A program made the position numbers and the translations under genes. From a virus (taxonomy: Duplodnaviria > Caudoviricetes), in IMG/VR virus record IMGVR_UViG_3300037851_000671, positions 32,001 to 96,000 of that record: 64,000 nt of DNA; one strand, 5' to 3'. Positions 16,477-27,193 of this stretch are shown piece after piece. The notes under the pieces are model-generated. The model saw only the letters and a list, made by a program, of their open reading frames with translations, was not told where the DNA came from and did not search any database. Positions within the stretch are counted from its first letter, which is position 1. Every line of letters starts with the position of its first letter.

Positions 16477-17541
16477 ATGTCATCAGAATCGCCAGCATCA
16501 ATTTTGTTTTCATCAGATGGATATGAATTAGCAGCGGTTACCGCTACAGCTATCCCTACTGGCACTCGTGGTCTTCTGGCAATGGGTTCTGATGGTACCA
16601 ATGCCAGGTTCATCAACGTTGACAGCTCTGCAAGGGTGATTACGGCCGGTGCTGGTGTTGCTGGTACTCCTGCCGGTGGCGTACTTAGCATTCAGGGTGT
16701 GGCTGGCGGTACGGCAATTCCTGTTTCGGGTAGCATTACAGCAAACAACGCCTCTGTATCTGCGACAGGATCTGCTCCTCCGGCATCTGCTACTTATATT
16801 GGTGGTAGCGTAACAACAGCCGCCCCCACATACACAACCGGACAGATGAATGCGCTTTCTCTGACAACAGCGGGAGCCTTGAGAGTTGATGGCTCTGGAG
16901 CCACTCAGCCAGTATCTGGTAGCGTAACAGTGAGCGGAACAGTTACTGCTAATCAGGGCACAGCCGCTGCAACAGCTAGTGCATGGCCAATAAAACTTAC
17001 TGACGCTACCAACACAGCCTCTTTGCTGAATACCACACCAGCCGGAACAGAATATGGTTTGGTTGTTAGGAATATTCCATCTGGCACACAGACAATATCA
17101 GGAACCGTTACGGCGAACGCTGGAACTGGTAACTTCACAGTTGTCCAAAACACAGCCGCAAACCTGAATGCTGCTGTTGTTGGTACTGGTGTGGCTGGTA
17201 CTCCTGCTGGTGGTGTGCTCACTGTCCAAGGTGCGTCTGGTGCAACCGCCCTTCCTGTTACAAATCAAAAAGCTGCAACATCGTCACTTTCAAACGTGCC
17301 TGGTTCGGCCACTAGCGTGACGTTGTTGGCTGCAAATGCAAATAGGCTTGGCGCTACAATATACAACGATTCAAGTTCTACGCTATATGTAAAATACGGA
17401 ACAACAGCATCAAACTCAAGTTTTACTATTAGACTGCTAGCGCAAGCATATCACGAGGTTGTATTTGATTACATCGGAAGGATTGATGGTATTTGGAATG
17501 CCTCTACTGGAAATGCTAGAATCACAGAACTAACAGCTTAA
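16477..17541 (+). CDS. Fibre-like protein (short paralogue of 17574..20918)
   Basis: Shares N-terminus MS.ESPAS.LF, internal G.GVAGTPAGGVL repeats and C-terminal SATSVTLLA.N.NR..ND domain with the next gene. Confidence 0.65.
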   Translation: MSSESPASILFSSDGYELAAVTATAIPTGTRGLLAMGSDGTNARFINVDSSARVITAGAGVAGTPAGGVLSIQGVAGGTAIPVSGSITANNASVSATGSAPPASATYIGGSVTTAAPTYTTGQMNALSLTTAGALRVDGSGATQPVSGSVTVSGTVTANQGTAAATASAWPIKLTDATNTASLLNTTPAGTEYGLVVRNIPSGTQTISGTVTANAGTGNFTVVQNTAANLNAAVVGTGVAGTPAGGVLTVQGASGATALPVTNQKAATSSLSNVPGSATSVTLLAANANRLGATIYNDSSSTLYVKYGTTASNSSFTIRLLAQAYHEVVFDYIGRIDGIWNASTGNARITELTA

Positions 17542-17573
17542 TTGTGGGTATATTCTAGGGCAAAGGAAATGTA

Positions 17574-20500
17574 ATGAGCGGAGAATCACCAGCATCAACA
17601 CTATTTAATGCAGCTGGAGTAGAGCTTGCAGTAACTACCGGATCATCAATTCCAGTTGGTACACCTGCCTTATTGCTGGCCGGAGAAGATAGCACTGGAA
17701 ATGCTCAGAGACTTACGGTTGATGGTTATGGTAGGCAAATAATCGTAAGCGATCCTGACAGTCCAATATCCATTAGCGGAAGCATTACTGCCACAAATCC
17801 ATCTGTTGGCGTGTTGGGAGGAACTCCACCATTATCGGCCACACAAATTGGTGGACCAAATAATGATGGGGTGTTCAACGTATTGGAGGTTACCAGACAA
17901 GGTCACATGCCGGTTGCTGCACAAGCTTTGAACGGGTATGCCGGAGAGGTTACCCAGTGGCCGGTAGACAATCAGATTAGAAAGTCACTGACGGCCGATG
18001 ACTTTGGTGGATTATACACACGTGGTCAGGTAATGACCGATGAAGGGTCTTTTACTGATGTTTTTTCCACGCTTGAAACGTCGTTGACGGGAACAGTATC
18101 TTTCGAGAACAATTCTGTAAACGTTGTTGGTGTTGGAACCGCATTTTTGTCAGAGATAAACTACTATAGCTTGGTAAAAAAAGCAACTGACGCCGATTCT
18201 CTGCTGGTAGAGGTTGAAGCAGTGTTGAGCGACACTGAGCTTCGGCTGTCTTCGCCATACCAAGGAACCACTGCTTCGGGTGTCAGCGCTGTTGAGACGC
18301 ATTGGTATAAGCAGACTGCGTCCGGCGGTACCATAACGATATCCAGCAATACGTGTGTTCTGACAGTGCTGCAAGACAGCGCACAAGCGGCTGGCATTGA
18401 GACAATCGGTGACTACGTACCATTTCTTGGCACGATACGCGCACAGTTGAGTGCGCGTGCTACCAATCAGACGACTTGGATTGGTTACGCTGATACGTTA
18501 TGGAATGGGGTAACAGGCGCACACGCTTGTTTCTTGTTTGATGGTACGACCAACACAACGGTGAAATGCAGCTCTGGTACTGGTCGCACTACCAATACGT
18601 ACCAGGAAACGACGGTTACGATTCCTGGCGGTTTAAACAGTTCGTCACCTCAAAATTACCGAATCGTGCCTTGGCAAGGCCAGGTCGCGTTTTTCATCAA
18701 CGGCAACCAGGTAGCGGTTCACGACCAGTACGTTATCCCTCCATATGTTGACGTGCGCTTCGGTATTTATACAGTGAACACTAGCACTGCCACAGACCTT
18801 ACGGTTACTCTGTATGGCACGGTTTACGAAAGCATCGACAGGTTTGATGTACGTGTGTATAACACTAACGCAGATCTGCTACAGGCGACGGTTAGTGGTA
18901 AGACGACAACAGGTCTGACAGTCCCTCTTCAGGTGAGTACGGCCGGTATTGCAGTAGTATCAGGCGCTGTAACACTATCTGGTACATCGAATACAGTTCG
19001 TGGCAACGTCACACAATACACAGCTGATGGTACGGCGGCTGTTGCAAACTCGTTGCCGGTAATTGCGCAGATGTTGGCAACCAAAGCCGGCGCTAATACT
19101 CTTGACCGTTTGTGGGCTGGTCCGACGAATGCTGATGGTGAGGCTGTAGAAACAGTCGGTGCGCTTCTTGTGAAGGACAGGTTGTACGGATTCAATGGTA
19201 CAACCTGGGACCGTTTACGCTCTACTACTGCAAACGGTTTGGCTGTTGATGTAAGTCGTGTTCAGGGGACTGTCACTGTTGGCGGTATCAATGCTGCTGG
19301 TGGAGGTATAACTGGAAATCCTTTGCGTATCGGTGGCAGTGATGGTTCAAATACCAGAGATATCCAAACAGACACTGCTGGAAATCTGGAGATAGTGGGT
19401 ACCGGTGTTGCTGGTACTCCCGCTGGCGGAGTGCTCAGTATTCAGGGCGTTGCTGGCGGTACGGCAATCCCTGTAAGTGGCACTGTAACCGCAGCAAATG
19501 CATCTGTTTCAACCACAGGATCAGCTCCTCCAGCATCAGCAACGTATGTTGGTGCAAAAGTAGGTACAACAGAGCCATCATATACAAACGGTAATATGGA
19601 GGCACCATCGCTTACCACAGCTGGGCGTCTTCGTGTTGATTCTCAGTTCCTGAATGTTGTAGACTCTGGAAACTCCACTACAACTCCGCTTGGTGCCAAT
19701 GCTACGTTCACAGGAACTGCGGTAGATCTCCTGGCATATGCCAGTATTACATACTCAGTATTTACAGATCAGGATAGCGCTGCAAATGGCGTTGTATGTC
19801 AGTTCAGTCCTGACAATGTAAACTGGGATGATCGTATAATAAATACCAAAACCGCAGACGGAACTGTCAGCGATTTTTCGGCGCGTTCACATGACCGATA
19901 TTTCCGTATCAAGTACACTAACGGAGCCACACCACAGACCACTTTCAGATTTCAGACGATTCTGAAGCGATACATGCCAGCTGGTGATACTACTGGTGTG
20001 GATCATCCGCCACACTCTGGTGATGATGCTCTTCTGGTAAAAGCCGTAATGTCTGGTAAGTCTACGGTTGGTGGTGTTACGTATGTTGATGTTAAAGTAA
20101 ACCCATCTGGAACAATCCAGATTGGTGGTGGTGATACGCCAGCAGAAGGACATGCAAATCCAACAGACGCACAGCTTTCAACCGCTTTTAATATGGGTTG
20201 GAATGGTTCTACATGGGACCGTATTCAGGCGCATGGCAACGACATAGATAGTGATACCGTTGAGACAACCGGCTCTCTTGCTGTGTGCTCTCACAACATG
20301 ATGTTCAACGGCACTTCTTGGGATCGTATACGTGGAACCATAGCCAATGGGCAGCTCGTTGATGTGTCCAGGGTGCAGGGCAGCGTAGCTGTTACTGGTA
20401 CGTTCTGGCAGGCAACACAACCTGTTTCTGGCACTATAACGGCAGCTCAGGCAACTGCGGCAAATCTTAATGCAACTGTAGTTCAAGGTAATGCAGGAAC

Positions 20501-20918
20501 TGCGGCTCAAGGATGGTTTGCCAAGGTCACAGACGGAACGAATACAGCAGCTGTCAAAGCGGCTTCTACTGCGGCAGTTGCTTCAGATCCTGCTTTGGTA
20601 GTGGCTATATCTCCTAACAACTCACTTACCGTAAAAGAACCAAGACCAAGCTCTGCATCACAAGCAAACGTAGCAATCAGTGCCACAAGCGTAACACTAT
20701 TGGCATCTAATACAAACAGGCTTCGTTACTCTGTTATAAATGACACAAACAAACAAGCATATGTATCTCACAGTGGAGCGGCCAGCACAACAAATTACAA
20801 ATACACATTGCAACCTGGTGAATATTACGAAGATCCGTTTCCTTGTTTTACCGGTGCTGTAACAATAATCTGGTCAGGTTCTGGTACTGGTTCCGCTAGG
20901 GTAACCGAGGAGACATAA
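17574..20918 (+). CDS. Long fibre-like protein
   Basis: 1114 aa, Thr/Gly/Ala/Val-rich; NG.TWDR repeats; lectin-like central domain; modules shared with 16477..17541. Confidence 0.65.
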   Translation: MSGESPASTLFNAAGVELAVTTGSSIPVGTPALLLAGEDSTGNAQRLTVDGYGRQIIVSDPDSPISISGSITATNPSVGVLGGTPPLSATQIGGPNNDGVFNVLEVTRQGHMPVAAQALNGYAGEVTQWPVDNQIRKSLTADDFGGLYTRGQVMTDEGSFTDVFSTLETSLTGTVSFENNSVNVVGVGTAFLSEINYYSLVKKATDADSLLVEVEAVLSDTELRLSSPYQGTTASGVSAVETHWYKQTASGGTITISSNTCVLTVLQDSAQAAGIETIGDYVPFLGTIRAQLSARATNQTTWIGYADTLWNGVTGAHACFLFDGTTNTTVKCSSGTGRTTNTYQETTVTIPGGLNSSSPQNYRIVPWQGQVAFFINGNQVAVHDQYVIPPYVDVRFGIYTVNTSTATDLTVTLYGTVYESIDRFDVRVYNTNADLLQATVSGKTTTGLTVPLQVSTAGIAVVSGAVTLSGTSNTVRGNVTQYTADGTAAVANSLPVIAQMLATKAGANTLDRLWAGPTNADGEAVETVGALLVKDRLYGFNGTTWDRLRSTTANGLAVDVSRVQGTVTVGGINAAGGGITGNPLRIGGSDGSNTRDIQTDTAGNLEIVGTGVAGTPAGGVLSIQGVAGGTAIPVSGTVTAANASVSTTGSAPPASATYVGAKVGTTEPSYTNGNMEAPSLTTAGRLRVDSQFLNVVDSGNSTTTPLGANATFTGTAVDLLAYASITYSVFTDQDSAANGVVCQFSPDNVNWDDRIINTKTADGTVSDFSARSHDRYFRIKYTNGATPQTTFRFQTILKRYMPAGDTTGVDHPPHSGDDALLVKAVMSGKSTVGGVTYVDVKVNPSGTIQIGGGDTPAEGHANPTDAQLSTAFNMGWNGSTWDRIQAHGNDIDSDTVETTGSLAVCSHNMMFNGTSWDRIRGTIANGQLVDVSRVQGSVAVTGTFWQATQPVSGTITAAQATAANLNATVVQGNAGTAAQGWFAKVTDGTNTAAVKAASTAAVASDPALVVAISPNNSLTVKEPRPSSASQANVAISATSVTLLASNTNRLRYSVINDTNKQAYVSHSGAASTTNYKYTLQPGEYYEDPFPCFTGAVTIIWSGSGTGSARVTEET

Positions 20919-23041
20919 TGCCAATTTATTCTCAACCAACAGCAAAGTCAGTAACCACCTTAACAAAAGAACCAAGTGGCTGGGCTGATAGAACCACCGC
21001 TACGATAAGCCGGGTGAATGGAACGCTTACATTTAGCGTAGCCCCTGTAAGCGGCTCTTTCACAATTTACATCAAAGGCATACCATATACATATACATCA
21101 ACACAAAACGTTACTTGGACAGACACTGAAGGAACATGGTTTTTCTATTTTGATACTAGCGGTGTTTTGACATCAACACAAGATGCAAATGTATGGACCA
21201 CTGCGTTGCTTGGTGATGGGGTGTTGGTAGCATCATTGTATTGGGATGCAACAAATAATGTCAGTTTTATATTCTCAGAAGAACGTCACGGTTTTATGGA
21301 ACCAAATACGCATTTGGAATTCCACAATGCATTTGGAACTCAATGGGTATCTGGCGGTCTTATATCTCCAACAACCGTTTCTGGTACTGGTGGAAATGCT
21401 TCTGATGCTCAGCTTGGCGTCAGTACGGTTACCATTTACGATGAAGACATAAGGTTGACATGGTCTAACGGATCTCCGCAAACCATGAATAATCCAGCCG
21501 CTATACCGGTATACTACAAATCTGGAGCCAGTGGATATTGGAGAAAGAAAACAGCAGATAGTTGGCCATTTATTTACTCTGGTACTGCCGGTTATACTGG
21601 AGCGAATGGACGTATTCCATATAACCAGAACAATGCTGGAACATGGTCACTTACACAAATTGCTCAAAGCAACTATGTTTTGATACATCTGTATGCTACA
21701 AATGATATTGTTGAACCGATAATAGCCATACAAGGACAAACAGAGTATACCAGTCTAGCATTGGCCCAGTCAGGAGCCACTACAGAGTTGTTGAGTATTT
21801 CAACTACCGTAAAAGGATTGAGTATTGAAATAACACCTCTTGGTTCTTTGGTGTTACAATCAAACAGCGGTTATACAAATACACCAAAAGCAAGATTTCA
21901 ACCAGCTACAGCGGCCGGTGCTTCGTATATTGATTTTCGTGGCAATACTTTTAGAAGCGGTATGGGTAGTGGTGTTACAATTCATAGTCAATTGACCGGT
22001 TTAACAGCTCCAGCAGATGACCATACACAATACCCATTATCAGCTGGTCGTGCTGGTGGTCAGACATTGATTGGTGGAACCGCAGCAAGCGAGAATCTTA
22101 CATTACAAAGCACTGCAAATGCTACCAGGGGAAATATACTGTCATTGGACAGTTTATTTCTAAGCACTAATGGTAGTACAATATCTCCTGACGCTCCAAG
22201 GACTATAGGTTTCGATAACCTATCTTCTGGTGAAGCTGGACGAATCCAATTCGGAGATACTAACAACGCATGGCAAAATGGTTATGACCAGTTGATGCAG
22301 ATGTATGCATATTGGCAAATACAGATATATGGCCGAAGAACGGGCACAGCCGTACCATGGACATCATATGGATCTGCTCCAAGCACTGCTAGTTTACAAG
22401 TCATAAACACTGATGTCAATGCAGTGGCAATCGAAATAAAGGGAGCATCATCACAGGCCGCCAACCTTCAAAACTGGGTAAACTCATCTGGAACGGCTCT
22501 GGCAAGAGTTGATGCTTCTGGAAATATCTCTTTCAACTCAACACAGACAGTAGACGGCGTTGATGTTTCTGCGATCTATGCAGCTAGCAGCCCTTTGCAA
22601 ACCTATTCATTAGCCTTGAGTGACGCACAGGTAAATGTGTATGGTACAACTTCAACGTTCTATGGAATTGTAATTCCAGCCTACACAGTTAGCATAAAAA
22701 CCATTCAAGCATACGTATACCAATCTGCATCTGGCAACATCCAGTGTGGTTTATACAATGCCGCTACTGGAGCTAGAATTGCTACAACAGACTCGGTTTC
22801 GTCTAGTACGACCGGTATTAAAACAATGACATTCGCAACGGCACAATCCCTAACTAAAGGAACAGCCTATTATTTGGCTATATCTTGTACCGCTAACGGC
22901 TCTACGTTTGCCGGTAAAACAGTAGGTACCTGGAACACAACGCCAAGGCCATCTGCTTACGAAAACAACAACAGATTGCCGGCAACGCTTACATCAAACT
23001 CATCAACAAGTTTGGTTTGGATGGCAGCATTCACCGCATAA
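20918..23041 (+). CDS. Fibre-like protein sharing a ~340-aa domain with the 1786-aa fibre
   Basis: EPSGWADRTT...WTDTEG.WFFY...EERHG...GYTGANGRI.YN parallels DPTGFATRTT...WTAVEG.HFFY...EERHG...GYTGANGRIAYN; DDHTQY motif; TAATG coupling. Confidence 0.7.
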   Translation: MPIYSQPTAKSVTTLTKEPSGWADRTTATISRVNGTLTFSVAPVSGSFTIYIKGIPYTYTSTQNVTWTDTEGTWFFYFDTSGVLTSTQDANVWTTALLGDGVLVASLYWDATNNVSFIFSEERHGFMEPNTHLEFHNAFGTQWVSGGLISPTTVSGTGGNASDAQLGVSTVTIYDEDIRLTWSNGSPQTMNNPAAIPVYYKSGASGYWRKKTADSWPFIYSGTAGYTGANGRIPYNQNNAGTWSLTQIAQSNYVLIHLYATNDIVEPIIAIQGQTEYTSLALAQSGATTELLSISTTVKGLSIEITPLGSLVLQSNSGYTNTPKARFQPATAAGASYIDFRGNTFRSGMGSGVTIHSQLTGLTAPADDHTQYPLSAGRAGGQTLIGGTAASENLTLQSTANATRGNILSLDSLFLSTNGSTISPDAPRTIGFDNLSSGEAGRIQFGDTNNAWQNGYDQLMQMYAYWQIQIYGRRTGTAVPWTSYGSAPSTASLQVINTDVNAVAIEIKGASSQAANLQNWVNSSGTALARVDASGNISFNSTQTVDGVDVSAIYAASSPLQTYSLALSDAQVNVYGTTSTFYGIVIPAYTVSIKTIQAYVYQSASGNIQCGLYNAATGARIATTDSVSSSTTGIKTMTFATAQSLTKGTAYYLAISCTANGSTFAGKTVGTWNTTPRPSAYENNNRLPATLTSNSSTSLVWMAAFTA

Positions 23042-23054
23042 GGAGATAACAATC

Positions 23055-23684
23055 ATGGTAACTAAGTCAGTTTTGTCTTTTGAAATTTCAGAAATAGCCG
23101 GTAAAGGCGTCAACATACCAGTTCTTACCCGTGAGCTTGAGGATGCCGGCTTGGTTGGAGGGATTGTAAGCAGGGACATAACATCTGTGTATGTTGAATT
23201 TGCAACATTGCTTACACCAGAACAGGAAACAACATGCAATACTACGGTACTTGCACACCAAGCATTACCCTTCAATGCAACAGATCAGGACGCAAACGAT
23301 CCAACCGAAAAAACCATTATAGCTGGAGCTGATTGGGTTGATGTTGGAGAATTTGATACTGGTCCTTTGCCAGCAGGAAAATACGCCACACAATGGTCTT
23401 CTGAAACAATGATAAATACAGAGGCTATTGGAAATAGAATTGAGGTTCATTTGTTGATGTGGTATCCTGTTCCAAATCCAGGTGGTGGTTATATCATGAT
23501 GTGGGTAGAGGTAAGTAATGAAGCTCACAATCTCCCAGCATGGCAGAAATATCAAGATGGAGCTTGGATTAGTAGACGTGCCGGAGAATCATTCAAGTAC
23601 AAGATACAGGCACGCTCTATTGGTTGCGATGGTATTGTTCGCCGCGTTAGATTTGGATTAGCACCATTGAGCATTCATAACTAA
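23055..23684 (+). CDS. Hypothetical virion/fibre-associated protein
   Basis: 209 aa, SD aaggag. Confidence 0.5.
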   Translation: MVTKSVLSFEISEIAGKGVNIPVLTRELEDAGLVGGIVSRDITSVYVEFATLLTPEQETTCNTTVLAHQALPFNATDQDANDPTEKTIIAGADWVDVGEFDTGPLPAGKYATQWSSETMINTEAIGNRIEVHLLMWYPVPNPGGGYIMMWVEVSNEAHNLPAWQKYQDGAWISRRAGESFKYKIQARSIGCDGIVRRVRFGLAPLSIHN

Positions 23685-23732
23685 ACTGCACTGTTTTGAT
23701 GAATAACCAGGCATTGCTATGAGAGGTAAAAT

Positions 23733-24050
23733 ATGGGCGTAACACCAAAAATCATGCAAGGAAAAGATTACAATTTTTTCCAAAGAGTAACCATCAACAG
23801 CAATACGTTTGCACAAATTTCTGATATCACCATACCATTCAGAAACAGCAATATGGGTTTCTCTATGATATTTGAGGGAAGTGGAATTATTGAATACTCT
23901 TTCAATGGCAACACTGTTCATGGTGATATGGACAGTACGGCGCTGACAAAGGGCCTGGTATTCGACAACAGAAAAATCAGTGCTGTGTGGTTCCGGTTGA
24001 AGACGGCCGGTGCTGGTGTAACCCTTAGATTCGAAGCATGGGCGGTGTAA
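23733..24050 (+). CDS. Small beta-rich hypothetical protein
   Basis: 105 aa, SD gagagg, class A motif at 23704. Confidence 0.55.
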   Translation: MGVTPKIMQGKDYNFFQRVTINSNTFAQISDITIPFRNSNMGFSMIFEGSGIIEYSFNGNTVHGDMDSTALTKGLVFDNRKISAVWFRLKTAGAGVTLRFEAWAV

Positions 24051-24051
24051 T

Positions 24052-25245
24052 ATGTCAGGATTTCTAGGAGGAGGCGGTTCTGGTGGTGGAGGCGGTGGGT
24101 CTGATGGCTACGCTGCCACTGGTACATTTATCTATCGTGAAGGTGAACCATCCCCTTCAGGAAATGTGTATTCATCTTGGGCCGCTGCCTATGCTGCCAG
24201 AACGGCATTCAAAGGAAGCGCAATCATAGAGATTGATAGTCGTTTTGGATCGCCAACAATCCCTGCTGGTGTTTATGACATGTCAGTTACAAAACTGACA
24301 GGTTCATATTTTAACGATCCTGTATATGTTGCGCCAAGAGTTGATGTTTATGGACAGTTCACAAACCTATCACATATTGAACATATTAGTCTTTACATTC
24401 ACTCTGATGGAGCTATGATAAAAACTCAACCATCAGAGTTTGTTATGCTGCAAATGTTTGATACTAATATAGTAAACCATAATGGTGGTTTGCTTAACCT
24501 TGTAAATTCACAGTGTTTCATTAACTTGTGGCACATAAGTGGTTTTCACGTTTCTGCTGGTGGACCAAACATCAACGTTGATAGTACATCAGGTGTGGTG
24601 ATGGGTATTGGCTTGTTTGGCGGTTTTGACGATTATACCTTTGGAGGTGCTGGAAGTGCATATGTTTATGTAGACAGAACCTCATACCACCAAAATACAC
24701 AACCAATTGCCGATTTAATCTTGGTAATAGCCGAAGCATGGTCTGAACAAATCACGGTATCATATGCTGGCGCACAGTTGCCGGCTGCCGGGGTAACTCG
24801 TCATGCTGATGTATCTGGCGGTGCTGCTCTTAATGTAACTTCAGGATGGACAGAAAAATACCCATATCGTGGTTTGACTATAGCTCGTCAGGCTGGTGGC
24901 CCGGCAAACGTTACATACACCGTAACATTCACGGCTCCAAATGGTAAGGAAGTAACTGAAGATGTAACGGTAGCGGCTGGAGGTTCTGCTCAAACAAACA
25001 ACGCCGGTCCAATTGCTAAGGTTACGACATCAGTTGATCCTGTTGGTACAACGAGTTTTACTACAGGTAATTCGTTTTTTGCTGGAGGAAGCGTACGCTC
25101 TGTAGCGCATCTATTTGCTGATGGTAATGAGATTTTGTACACATTCTATCCAGATACATCAGCCATACTTCCAACCGGAACAGTTCCAAACGGAACCGTT
25201 GCGTTCTCTGCAATAGTACACACGCTTCCAGTATTTACAGCATAA
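24052..25245 (+). CDS. Fibre-like protein with poly-Gly N-terminus
   Basis: MSGFLGGGGSGGGGGGSDGY...; beta-rich two-module body. Confidence 0.55.
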   Translation: MSGFLGGGGSGGGGGGSDGYAATGTFIYREGEPSPSGNVYSSWAAAYAARTAFKGSAIIEIDSRFGSPTIPAGVYDMSVTKLTGSYFNDPVYVAPRVDVYGQFTNLSHIEHISLYIHSDGAMIKTQPSEFVMLQMFDTNIVNHNGGLLNLVNSQCFINLWHISGFHVSAGGPNINVDSTSGVVMGIGLFGGFDDYTFGGAGSAYVYVDRTSYHQNTQPIADLILVIAEAWSEQITVSYAGAQLPAAGVTRHADVSGGAALNVTSGWTEKYPYRGLTIARQAGGPANVTYTVTFTAPNGKEVTEDVTVAAGGSAQTNNAGPIAKVTTSVDPVGTTSFTTGNSFFAGGSVRSVAHLFADGNEILYTFYPDTSAILPTGTVPNGTVAFSAIVHTLPVFTA

Positions 25246-25256
25246 TCAGGATAATT

Positions 25257-25430
25257 ATGATAATACGAAAAAAAGACGGATCTGAGGTGGAATCCGCAGA
25301 AAGCATTTCTGTTGGTGATATTATCGAAATCAAAACACCAAATGGTTTCAGGAAAGGTATGGTGGTTAGCAGGGTTACCAAAACCAAAGAACAAATAGAA
25401 AAAGAACTTGCAGAGATACCAAAGAGATAA
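25257..25430 (+). CDS. 57-aa hypothetical protein (missed by ORF track)
   Basis: MIIRKKDGSEVESAESISVGDIIEIKTPNGFRKGMVVSRV...; fills the gap between 25245 and 25446 exactly. Confidence 0.55.
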   Translation: MIIRKKDGSEVESAESISVGDIIEIKTPNGFRKGMVVSRVTKTKEQIEKELAEIPKR

Positions 25431-25445
25431 GTTATATCCCTTTAC

Positions 25446-26546
25446 ATGGCGATATTCTTAGACTCAAACGCTCATGTGGCGATGAACAAATCAGCACTAA
25501 GAGCGTTGGATGATTTTCATTCATCTTTGGCGGGCCATGGTAATCCTATGGCCCTTTCTCTTCCTGGCAGAGAAGCAAGTTCAGCAATAGAAAATGCACG
25601 CTCTAAAATTGCTGCTTTGATTGGTGCAGAATCACACAATCAAATTATCTTCACCTCAACATGCACACAGGCTTGCGAATGGGCTTTGAACTTCATCAAA
25701 GCCAAAAACCCAAAGAACATATTCTACTCGCCTTTAGAGCATTCGGCCATTAGACATACCGTTGGCGTTATGTTCCCAAATGGTGTTGAATTAAGCACCT
25801 CCAAAGACGGCAATACGGGTTGTGTGTTCCCGCCTCCACCAAACAGTTTTTTCATCTGTATTCATGCTCAAAACGAAATAGGCACACTACAGAACATTGA
25901 AGCCATTCAGGCCCCGTTGTTCAGTGATATGAGCCAAAGCCTAGCCAGAATACCAATCAACGTTTCAAGAATACCAAACCTTCAACTTGCCGCTTTTGGA
26001 GCCCACAAATTTGGAGGGCCTTCTGGGGTGGGTTTTCTATACATGAAAGACACATCTTGGTGGAAGGCGGTGGAGCCAAGCACCAATCGTTATTACACAG
26101 ATAGACCCGGAACACCTGATACTGGCAGTATTGTAGCTACAGCCGCTGCTTTGGAAGAAGCCATGAGAACACTACCAGAACGCTATGAGCGTATGGTTAG
26201 GTTTCGTGATGTATTGGAACGTGAAATAGAAAGCCTTGGTTTGAAAATAATCGGCAAAAGCGCAGCTAGAATTCCAAGCACTACATCTGTTCATATCGGT
26301 GAACGCATGGGTCCTTATCTAATGAGTCAGCTTGAAACAGAAGGTATATTTATAGGTCTTGGAACTGCGTGTGCTGCTCTTGGCAGTGTGATGGGGCCAA
26401 ATCCTTTAATGACAAGGTTGGGATATGGAGGGCATGCTCATGATTTCATTAGGATATCGCATTTTGGAGATTACGCCGAAAAAGAAGCACACATCGTTGC
26501 AAAGGCGTTGAAGAAGTATTGCCCGAGGGTGAGTGATCTTCCGTGA
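25446..26546 (+). CDS. iscS: Cysteine desulfurase-like class V PLP enzyme (IscS/NifS/DndA family)
   Basis: IFLDSNA, GNP, QIIFTS, LEHSAI, SDMSQ, PLP-lysine motif AHKFGGPSGVG, GTPD, catalytic-Cys loop GLGTAC (canonical SSGSAC). Symbol is family-level only. Confidence 0.85.
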   Translation: MAIFLDSNAHVAMNKSALRALDDFHSSLAGHGNPMALSLPGREASSAIENARSKIAALIGAESHNQIIFTSTCTQACEWALNFIKAKNPKNIFYSPLEHSAIRHTVGVMFPNGVELSTSKDGNTGCVFPPPPNSFFICIHAQNEIGTLQNIEAIQAPLFSDMSQSLARIPINVSRIPNLQLAAFGAHKFGGPSGVGFLYMKDTSWWKAVEPSTNRYYTDRPGTPDTGSIVATAAALEEAMRTLPERYERMVRFRDVLEREIESLGLKIIGKSAARIPSTTSVHIGERMGPYLMSQLETEGIFIGLGTACAALGSVMGPNPLMTRLGYGGHAHDFIRISHFGDYAEKEAHIVAKALKKYCPRVSDLP

Positions 26547-26559
26547 TATATCCAAGAGA

Positions 26560-26886
26560 ATGAAGCTTAAAAAGGTATCTTGCGAGATCTGCGGCGAGTC
26601 ATCGAAAGCCACTCTTCATACTCACCATATCGTTGAAAGAACCAATCCAGAATCAACCGAAGATTGGTCAAACCTGTGCGTAATTTGCGCCAATTGTCAC
26701 AATAAAGTTCACGCTAACACAATCAAGATCATTGGGGTTTATCCCTCTACAAAACCGCCATATGGAAGGTTCCTTGTTTTTGAGGAAAATGGCATAAGTA
26801 ATCTTCCTGGTGTAAAAGATCCGTATATTGTGTCAAAGCCAAAATCTATGAGGTTAACAAATGTCGAAACCGAAAGTTCAAAATGA
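26560..26886 (+). CDS. HNH endonuclease
   Basis: CEICG...HHIVER....DWSNLCVICANCHNKVH; start taken at ATG 26560, 9 nt after GATATA. Confidence 0.85.
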   Translation: MKLKKVSCEICGESSKATLHTHHIVERTNPESTEDWSNLCVICANCHNKVHANTIKIIGVYPSTKPPYGRFLVFEENGISNLPGVKDPYIVSKPKSMRLTNVETESSK

Positions 26887-27157
26887 TAAAGCGTTCATAA
26901 ATGGTATTCTGGCCAAGGCCCGTCAGCAAGGGGTTGAGGAGAGGGTAAAGAATATTCTAGCCAAATGTGAAGATAATGTAAAGGGATGTAGGTCAGACAT
27001 TGAGCGTAAGCATATAGTACATTTGGCATTGATTGAGATACACAAAACCATTGGTTGTGTGGGTCCTTTGGTAGTGGATGGTATAGAGCTTTTGCCCGCA
27101 GACCCTAGCTATCAGGAAGCTATAGATTGGCATAAAGGTTTGGTAAGATTGGATTAA
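26861..27157 (+). CDS. Hypothetical protein
   Basis: 98-aa ORF overlapping the HNH gene end. Confidence 0.55.
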   Translation: MSKPKVQNDKAFINGILAKARQQGVEERVKNILAKCEDNVKGCRSDIERKHIVHLALIEIHKTIGCVGPLVVDGIELLPADPSYQEAIDWHKGLVRLD

Positions 27158-27193
27158 TCTTTGCATATCTGCGCATGAAAACAAGAGGAAGAT

